Assembly: GCF_006345805.1 (NCBI RefSeq) | Contig: NC_042998.1 | Location: 41,664,001-41,728,000 of the forward strand | Reading direction: 5' to 3' | DNA length: 64,000 nucleotides | From: Octopus sinensis | Lineage: Eukaryota | Shown here: one piece after another, positions 26,401 through 36,669 of the stretch | Layout of the letters: each line of letters opens with the position of its first letter | Position numbering within the stretch: position 1 is the first letter of the stretch | The notes under the pieces: generated by a model | Told to the model about the DNA's origin: nothing | Seen by the model: the letters and a program-made list of their open reading frames with translations, nothing else | The model's database searches: none | Position numbers and translations under genes: made by a program

Positions 26401-29400
26401 TCTGCTACATCTTTGGCTATGTATACCTGCCGCCCAGCCTCCCTTTTGGCTACCTGGTACAGTTCCCTGCTACCCCCATCCCTCCAGGCTTTCCAGGCCT
26501 GTCTCTTTGCACTAATGGCTTTGTCTACTGCACTATTCCACCACCACGTAACTCTAGGTCTGGAAGGGACTTTGCACCATCCACAGACTTGGTCTGTGGC
26601 ACTCAGCAAGCTGTCCCGTAGGAATTCCCAGCTACCTTCTATGTTCGACGTCTGAAGCTCCTCCTCCCTCTCATCAAATTTCTTGATGAGGATGTCCCTA
26701 AATCTCTGACCATGTGAAGTGTTCTTTAGCTTCCAAATCCTTCTTTTCTGGATTGGTTTGTTTCTTGGAGTCCTTCTGGCCTCAAGCTTAAAGTCACTGA
26801 TGATTAGCCTATGCCGAGGGATACATTCTTCACCTGGGAGGGTCTTTGTATTTAAGAGCAACCCTGCATCCTGCTGTCTGGTGAGGATGAAGTCTATTTG
26901 GCTAGCGGAGTCTCCTGACTGATAGGTTATAAGGTGGCAGTCAGGCTTCCTGAAGTTAGTGTTGCAGATTAAAAGGTTACATGCATCACAGAATTTCAGT
27001 AGTCTAGTTCCCTCATCATTTCTGGTGCCAATACCATGGCCACTGTGTACCCCAGTGAAGATACTTGATTCCCGTCCAACATGCCCATTAAAGTCTCCAC
27101 CCACAAAGATGAGGTCCTTGCCACTAGTCTTTGAGGTAGCCTGTAGAAGGGTATCATAAAAGTGGTCCTTCTGATCATTTGATAGTCCCGCTTGTGGGGC
27201 ATAGGCAGAGATAATCATAGCTGTGCCACTCTGTAGGACTAACCTGAGCTTAAGCACTCTATCGCAAACCCTGACAACCTCTATGACCTTATCCACCCAT
27301 TTCTCCGCAAGGAGAATGCCTACACCCCCTACACCATCCATGTTACCTTGCCAGAAGACTTTATACCTATGTGCCTTGCCCGTGAGGACCCTAGCTGAAG
27401 CACCTCTCCATCTTACCTCTTGTATGCAGCATACATCAACCCGTCTTCTCTCAAGCATCTCTACAATCTCACTAGACCTACCTTTCAATGTACCAACATT
27501 GACAGTGTCAACTCTGAAAACTGGGAAGGAGATGTGGGGAGGAGGGGAGCAATTCAGCGCCTGAAAAGAAGAGGGTTGTTGTGGTGGTGATCGTTTTTTA
27601 GGCATTTTTCATCTGATCTCTCTTCCAACCTGACAACATTCAAGCATTTAGGCATGATAAGGTTGTGGCCCCTGCCGTAGGCAGGAGCTGGTGTCAGCAG
27701 CGTTGTAAGCATAAACATTAAGGTCATTGATGATGTAGATGTAAGCTCTGTGGCAGAAATACTGAAATTCTAGGTGTTAGTAGCATTCTAAGCAAGCATT
27801 ATGGTCACTGAGTAATGTAGTTTAAGCAACGTAGCAGAAACATGGATATTCTAGTGTTGGGGGTGGGGTTCCAGCCGAGAGAAAAATTTTTGGTTGCATT
27901 GCGGCGGGGAAGGGTTCCAGCAGAGAGAAGAGAGAGAGAGGGAGAGAAAGTGGGGGGGGATTGTGTAGGTAATATAGGGGAGGACCAGTAGGGAGGGTTG
28001 GGGTAAGGAGAAACGATGACAGGTAGGGTTGGTGGCAGGTTCTAGACAGAATGAAACGTAGGATATCACGAGTGGGGGAGGGGACTGGAAGGAGATAGCC
28101 GGTTGAGGCAGTGACAGATTTCAAAACAGGAGGAAACGTAAGATAACTGGTTAAGTGGGACGGTTGATGAGCTGCTTCTATCTTGGGGGAGAGGGGCAGG
28201 GGTAGGGGTAATACATAGTGAAATAGCATATTGAGGAGGAGGGGTTGGAGGAATAGATACATGTAATGGTGGTGGGAGAAGGGATATCCGGTGTAGATGG
28301 TGTAAACAGAGTGTTCTCCGGTATTGGTGGTGGGGGTGGGAAAGGGCGGGCGCACCGCGAATGGCGAAGATTTTGATTGGGGACAATAGTGAGAAGAATT
28401 AAGCAATCGGGGTTGAAGAAGGTAACAGAGAAACGAACGAATTAACTTCATACCGGGGGGGTTAAAAAAATTAAAGGATTATATTTTGTGGGGAATCGTA
28501 TCAACATTTAGCTCATGAAAGAAAATAACAAGCAGATTTGTGAATAGATTCAAACATTTAAGCGTTAGCGGCAAATGTATGTATGTAGTACGAGGATCGG
28601 AAGAAATGAAATGAGAATTCTTAGCTTGCTTTGGACATCGCTGTGGTCGAAGAAAGAATGAGTAGAAGAGGAGCACAAGGTGATATTTAAGTAGACTGAC
28701 CGGAAGAAGTGAGTTGGAGAAAGACAGAAGTTTTGATTGAGGACAGTAATGGCGAAGATTTATGTTCAGCATTAATCATTTCTTTTTGTTATCCCTTTCT
28801 CCACCTTCCAACTTTATCATATACTTTTCACTATATTCTCTTTTTGTTTTTTTTTGTTTTTTTCCTGTTTTAACTTCTTTCCTTATGATGAATCTGCAAA
28901 TGTTGCAGCGACCAGACTTAGTTCTTAGGACCATATTCCTCACTGTGAATATAGTGTGTGTGTGTGATTGCAATGTCAGCTGTAAAAAAGTGTTGGTGGT
29001 GGGGCATGGAAATTAAATAAATCTTTTGTTATAGATTGTCTCAACATACTGAAACCTACAACAGATCATTACAAAACTTGCATTGAGACCAGTAAAAAGT
29101 GTGTTAAATAATTATTTGAAAGATCAAAAAAAATATCCTGAAACAAATAGTATTGAATTATTTTTTGTAATTATCTGTCGGCTTGAAGGTCATGAAAAGT
29201 AAATTGTAAATTCATATATAAAAAAATTCTCTTCATCTTTCAGATAACAAAAAACAAAAGGATGATAATTTTGGACAGAATGATGCTGATTGGGATGTGT
29301 ACAAGGAAATTGTGAGTATTATTCTGGAAGAAAATGAAATTTTCACAGACATCTTTTACTTGTTTTAGCTATTAGACTGAAGCCATGCTGGGGCACCACT

Positions 29401-32400
29401 GTGAAGGTTGTCAAGTGGTGATGAGGGACAAACACAAAAACACTTTTGCAGAACAGTGAATCTCAAAGCACAGGAAGCTATAAATAATCATGTGTAAATA
29501 TTGGGTTTAAGAATAAAAAATATCCTTGGATAGAAAAAGTTGAAAGCTACATGGAGGACACGAACCCACATCACATGCAAGGATTTTTGTATTCGATTGT
29601 TTACACACTATTATTTAAAGCTTTATGTGCTTCGAGATGCACTGTTCCAAAAAAACAATTTTCATATTTTCTCAAAAGAATCTAAATTCTTATATCAATA
29701 ATACACACACACACACACACATAAGCTTCCAAACAGTTTCTGTCTACCAAATTAACTCACAAGGCATTGGTCAACTTGGGGCTATAATAGAAGACAACCA
29801 ACATGCCATGCAGTGGAATTGAGCCTGAAACCATATGGTTGAAATGTGAGTTTCTTAATCATACAGCCATGCCTATGCTTATGTTTTTAATTTTTTTTAC
29901 TGTTTTTCTAAATATCTACATAATGTATAAACATACAGAAAAAAATATCTTGTTTATAGACTCCTCATATTTCTTTGGGTCTTTTTTTATTTTTTGTGAG
30001 TTTGTTTTGTGTGAATGATTATATTTTTTTTTTAGAATCCTGATGGTGGAGATACTGATTCTGAGGTTGAGGAGGAACAACTAGAAGAACTTGAAACAAT
30101 GTTGAGGGAACATGACCCTGAATTTCTTAAGTAAGTACCTGTCTCTACAATTTTCCCCCCTTTTTGTATATTAATGGGGTTAAAGGGTAAAGACATCCTT
30201 CACTCATGAATGACCATGGGATTGCATCTAGAAAGTTCCCCTCCAAGACACAAGTCTGGGCAAGCTTGTTTATGGAAGACCAGCAGTCGTCCATATATAC
30301 TAATCTCCCCTCTCCATGCCACCAATGTTATCCAAGAGAAAAGCAAAGGCCATTACACTTTGACACCAGTGACATTGCAACTCATTTCTACAGCTGAGTG
30401 AACTGAAACAGTGTGAGATAATGTCTTGCTCAAGAACACAACACTGCCTGGTTCAGGAATCGAACTCACTACCTCATGAGTGAGCCTGATGCTCCAACCA
30501 CTGAGCCATGCACCTTAAGAATTGGGTTAAAGACTATTATGTAATGGTCTTGAGCAAGGTACATATGTCTTTAGTTTGATTGGCAGACACGTTATTGTGC
30601 TGGACAAAATGCTTTACACTCTGAGTACAAATTCCAACCGGATCAACTTTGCTTTTCATGCTTTCAGAATCAATAAAATAAAAAGTACTAGAGTCAGTGT
30701 ATTTAACTAACATCTCTTCCTGAAATTACTGGCCTTGTGCCAAATTTTGAAGCAATTCTTACTTCATGCTTGAGTGTTAAGTAATAGGAAGTATAACTAG
30801 CTGTAAAAGAAAGAAATTGACAAAAATCATATCATTCATACAGGTACAAGAGTAAAATTTAAAATTAAAAGAAAAATAATTATAGAACTGGATAAACATA
30901 TTCAGTTTGAGAAATTTACCACCACCACCATCATCATCATCATCATTGTTTTATGTCTGTTTTTCATGCTGGCATAGGTTATATGGGTTGTAATAGTACA
31001 TATTCCAGTCTGCCCATTGAAGCAGGTCAGAAGACCACATCTCACTTATATGCTTCATTTTTGGCTTGATTTCTGTGGCTGGATGCCCTTCCTAACACCC
31101 TTAACATATCTAAAGGGATTTCACGTGTCTGCTGGCTGGTTAGTCTTTTTACAGTAATGTGGCATGAATGACAGTAGTAAGAGGATGCATAATGGGAGGA
31201 AGAGTATTGTTAGAGAGTACATATAGTCAAAACATAATGTCCAAAAGATTAGAAGTCAACAAGACCCAGGAGATAAGATCTATGATAGAGGTACAGGATG
31301 TGTGGGAGAAAAGAAGCCAGAATATTATGGTAGACAGCATGAGAGTGATGACAGCAGAACAGAAGGAGAAGGTGGATGTAGTGTACTTGGTACAATTAGT
31401 TTAAACTTATTATAAATGTATCTTAAGCTTTAAAAACTTGAGTGTAATTGTCTGTTAAAAAATATTATAAACATTGGTATGTGATTAAATAGAATGTTTT
31501 TATTTCAACATTACTGGCAAGTAAATTTAGATTATTAATGCAATTTAAATTTGAAATTGATTCCTTCATTTTAGAATTGAATATCTCATTAATTGAACTA
31601 TGAGGGTTATGAATAACCATATTCATAAGATATTCAAATAAAGGATTGATAAATCATTTGGTGATGGATGCTTTGTGTCTTTAGCCTATACACTTTGTTC
31701 TCATCAGCCCAAATCATTTTGCTGTAACATAGTATAATTGGTTATAAACAAGGTGCCACCCAATCCAGATATCAAACCTATGACCTTATTATTATGAACT
31801 CAACCACTTGGCCGTGCTCCTTCATTGTATAAACAACAACACTGTAGACAAATTTTTGTTTGTCCACAATGCTTAATTCTACTGTTAACTGAAAAAGAGT
31901 TGTCTAGAAATGAAATAACTGGAATTAAATAATAGTTTCTGAATTCCAGAAGATAATATTAAGTGAATCTAATATTTTAGTTTCGTTTTATGTTGTGTGT
32001 TGTGAAAGCAGGTAAATGCACAATGTTTATAAAATTGAACTATTAATCTCCCCTTAATATTGCTTCTTTGATAGATTTTTTTTATCCTCACATTTGTCCC
32101 ATTGTGTCCTTTCTTTTGTAGGTTAAATTCACAATCCCCTTTTTGTGACTATATATATGTGTGTGTGTGAATATTTTTCTGATTCATTACTGCTTATGGT
32201 TGATATAATGATTTGTTTTTCTCTCATTAAAAATTTTTTTTAAAATTTTCAATGCAGTTAATGTTTAATAATTTTAAGAAAATTAAAACCTGTCTTATTA
32301 GAATGAAGCAAATGTCTTGAAATTTATTTAGTCATTTTTTTTCAAGTTGAAATTTCTGTGTTTATTATTAGGGAACTCGAGGAAAATGCTGGAATTGGAG

Positions 32401-35400
32401 AATTTGATATTGCTGAATATTACCGTCTCCATTTGGGAGTAGAAAGAATCAGGTTAGTTTTCTTCCTCCTATAATAATTTCAGGGCTTGTGTAGGCCATG
32501 AGCACTGCCCTTTCTTCTTCATATATATCTTATCTTTCATTTGCTAGCTTTGCACATCCAGTAGTACCTGCTCATTTCATTTCTTTACTACCTTTTGCAT
32601 ATCTTCCATTGTCAGTGCTCATAATTTACTACCATGCAATATCCTATCTATCTATCGGCTCAGTCGAAGTCGACTCTCGGTTACTCGTTGGAACAGTGTC
32701 CTCCAGTCAGTTCTATCCTGGGCCGGTTGTTTCAGATTGGCTATGTCCATTCCGGTATCCCTCTTGATGGTGTCAAGCCAGCGGGTTCTTGGTCGGCCTC
32801 TTCCTCTCTTGCCACTGACCATTCCGAGCATGATGTCCTTCTCCAGGGATTTTCTCCACATAACATGACCGAAATATCCTACTTCATTCATAAACATCAT
32901 ACAATCTACTCTTCACTTGTTGAAAGTTTTTGTTGCCAATATAGATAATAGCTCCTGAAGGTGGAGGCGCAATGGCCCAGTGGTTAGGGCAGCGGACTTG
33001 CGGTCATAGGATCGCTCAGCCACTTACATGTTAATTTCACGAGCAGGCTGTTTCGTTGATTCGGATCAACTGGAACCCTCGTCGTCGTAACCGACGGAGT
33101 GCTTCCAATAGTTCCCTGAACTATTTCCACTTTGTTCTTTCTCAAGCTGTTATGCTTTCAAAATACTCACTCCACGGTTAATTAGGTGACATAGGTAACT
33201 GAAGATGTCTAGTAGTTTTAAAAAAGAACCTTCCAAGTATTTGGAAGACTTGATTTCATGAATGTTCTGCTGACTGCTCCTGCACACCTGCAACACATGA
33301 AGCCTTTCTTTTAGCTTACAAATGATGCTACCTCATCTCTTGTGCACCTAAGCTTTTACAATAGATACACTATATAGAATTCTTGCTTACTCTTTCTTTC
33401 TTTTTGGCATATGAAGCATAGACACTTCCCATATGGCAAAGTTCTATATTTTTTCTAGGTATTCTTTTAAACCTCTTCTTTTACATTTGGAACTTTTTCT
33501 CTATTCTTTGATTTGTTTACCTATAAGAAATGGGTTGCAAGGATACAGGATTTCATGTGGGCAGCTAAACTATAGTAGACAGGAGTGGGTTGAATACTGA
33601 GCCATGCATAGCAGATAACACCATTCTTTGCCTGACTATATGAGTGACATAATTTGTCATATATTTTTTTGCAACTCAGTGGCTGTTCCAGATAATCTCT
33701 GCCTTTATATTTTTAATGATTCATTTGACTGTACAACTCTCAACCTCAATAGCTCTTTTGAGTTTACTTGATGTACTCTCTCTTCTATACATTCTCCTTA
33801 TTCATCAGCTTTTCATACCAACATTTCTATGTCATTTGTTAGCTCTATGTTACTATCATTATCATTTAGCATTCATCTTCCATAACGGCATGGGTTAGAC
33901 GGCTTGACTGGAACTGGTAAGCTGGAGAGCAGCACCAGGCTGTTTTGGTTTGGTTTCTATGACTGGTTGCCATTCCTGATGCCAACCACTTCACAAAGTG
34001 TAGTGGATGCTTTTTATGTGTCACTGGTGTAGGTGCCTTTTCCATGTCACTGATACTGGCCATTACAATTTCACTTAGCTTGATATGTCTTCTCAAGCAC
34101 AGCGTTTGTCATTGCCTCTGAGCAACATCTGAAGATTATATTTCACCACCTCATCCCATATCTTCCTGGGTCTACTTCTTCCACAGGTTCCCTCCACAGT
34201 TAGATTGGTACTTCTTTAAGCCACTGTCTCTGTCCATATGCAATTACATATTTTTCATCAGTAACATCTTAATTTACGCTGATGTACTGCTTTACAACTG
34301 AAAACTCTCTTCTTTCTAAGTATACTTGATGTATAGCTTTTATGGCTGTATCTAATGCACCATTCACCACCATGTCACCTTCAGTCTTGCTAGAATCTTG
34401 CTTTATCTATAGGTATGGGCTGTGTCTGTTAGCTTATTTTGAAACATCCAGTTCTCTCTGTTTCCTATCTCATCTTCCTCCTCAACAAAGACATTACTTA
34501 CTACATTTTTGAACTTATACATCTTATTTATTGAAATTATTTCAGAGTTCCAGAGCTATTATTCCAGCCTTCTATGATTGGAATTGAACAGGCTGGTCTT
34601 TCAGAAATGGTTGATTATGTATTGAAAAAATGTTCTCCATCTGAACAGAATGCCTTGGTTCAGGTAAGTCCCTGTAAAATTACTTTTACATTACAAATTT
34701 TTTGTAGTCTGTGGCATATTGTACACATTGATTCATGATTATCAGTGTGGTGGCAACAAGAAAATGTAGTAATGGTTTGTACAGGCAAGGGAATTTAGTA
34801 TGCAGCAAGGTTCTGTTCTTAGCCATTTTTTTTATTCATTATCTTCCTGCAGACAATCACAAAAGAGTACGGACATGGTTTCTTATGGAAACTCCTTTAT
34901 GTAAATGAAAAGATTTATATAACAAAAATTCTATCAAAGAACTGCAGAATAAGTCTGAAACTTTTAAAATAACAACCAAATGAAAGTTTACTGATGTATA
35001 TGTAAGAAGTAGGCAAAAATTTAATGTTACCAATACAGTGAGATGACTGCTGTTGGATTGACAGTATTGTACAGCAAAAGATATGCTAGCTGCAACCAAG
35101 AAATCTTGCAACATGAGACATAATCTAAAGATCTTGAACCCCCTAGACAGTTTGCTATAAGTAGTATATGAGATTCTAAGTGACCATGATTAATGCTGGA
35201 TATATTTGGTAATAGCAAAATGGCTAAGTTAGATAAGATAAAAAGTTTCATGACTTGATAGAAGGTTTCTGACTTTGAATGAAGGATAAATTGCATGATA
35301 TGTAGTGTACACTGAAACCTGAAGAAGAACGAGATGATTATGAGCTGATAACTGTGCATGAGTAGAGTGAGTGCAAGCAGTTTGTGAATATGTTTAACAG

Positions 35401-36618
35401 TTTCAGCAGGTATATATAGTGTTAGTAGAGAATGTATTGAGGTAAAGGTTCATGTTGTAAGCATAGGTGTAGGAAGACTTGATAGAAAATCATTACATTT
35501 GACATAATTGAACGTCAGAGTAAATCATGCAAGTTTGTAGAAAGCCTGTTTCGTAAAGCCTTCAAGCCCACACTGGGAGACCCATCCATGCACCCCATCT
35601 CAATCATATTACTAACAGAAGTCTGAACATGGAACTTAGTGCAACTAATTGTATGAACAATCAAGAACTGTAACTGTAGATAACTTGATGGATAACCAAC
35701 TAGCTCATTGTCTTTGCATTAAAATCAACTACAGATATTTTGCGTGTGTCTGTATAATACACTCAGTCATGTGTGCCTCAGTTCAACTAGTTGCCAGGAA
35801 TAGTTACCAAGTCATCTGGGAATGTTACCTGGGATAGGAAATCATCAATCATTTGTCTTAAATAGCTCCTTAGATCTAAGGAGACAATGTTTATCATCAT
35901 CATCGTTTAATGTCCGTTTCTATGCTGGCATGGGTTGGACGGTTTGACTGAGGACTGGTGAGCCAGAGGCTGCACCAGGCTTAATCTGGTCTGGCAAAGT
36001 TCCTACAACTGGATGCTCTTCCTAATGCCAACCACTCCAAGATTGTAGTGGGTGCCACTAGCACAAGAGCCAATCAGGCGGTTCTGGCAACGACCATGCT
36101 CGCGCTCAAAAAAGGTGTTTTTACGTATCTTATTAAGTAACTTTGTGATCAAATGGAGATGAACTACATATTTTCACTTAACATACTTTCTAGTTTCAAA
36201 CTCTTATCAGAATAGGTGGGGTTTTTTAACCTTCAAATTTTATTTTTAATTATTTTTCCTGGGTACCTAAAATGCAATTTATGGGATATACATGACTTGA
36301 TAGGACAGAAATCATATTTTATGTTTATCAGAAAGGAAAAAAAAAGGTAACAATACATATTTAATAAAAGCTATTTTATTTTCAGTGTGTCTTCCTGACA
36401 GGATCAAATGCCATGTTTAATAATTTCAATAAAAGAATGGAACGAGATCTTCTTGCCATACGTCCATTTCAAACCACATTCTCTGTCTATCGTGCAGGTA
36501 AAAAAACTTTAAATTCTTCAGATATTATTTCAGTGTTTAATAATTTGAAACCTTAATTTATTTGTGGACAATTTAGAATAGCACACATTCATTTACATGT
36601 ACGCACACTCGCGTACGT

Positions 36619-36669
<51 letters not shown>

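Larger units (their letters stand above)
23858..28786 (-). mobile_element. Near full-length RTE-clade LINE (APE endonuclease + RT with PHD-like finger) in the ACTR5 J-K intron
   Basis: The reading frame 27605-24468 has APE motifs ([30 protein letters not shown]) and RT motifs ([31 protein letters not shown]), with two in-frame stops. It has a 3'UTR and a (GAT)n tail near 23858. Candidate TSD TGTTATC lies at 23851-23857 and 28787-28793. Confidence 0.93.

Noticed and set aside
24092-27564. Plus-strand ORFs (154, 205, 131, 123 aa etc.) opposite the RTE
   Set aside because: They are antisense shadows of the LINE ORF and 3'UTR repeats, with no independent motifs.
27822-28451. 209-aa Pro/Leu/Ser-rich ORF as a LINE ORF1
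   Set aside because: It is explained by the pyrimidine-rich strand bias, and no recognisable domain is present.
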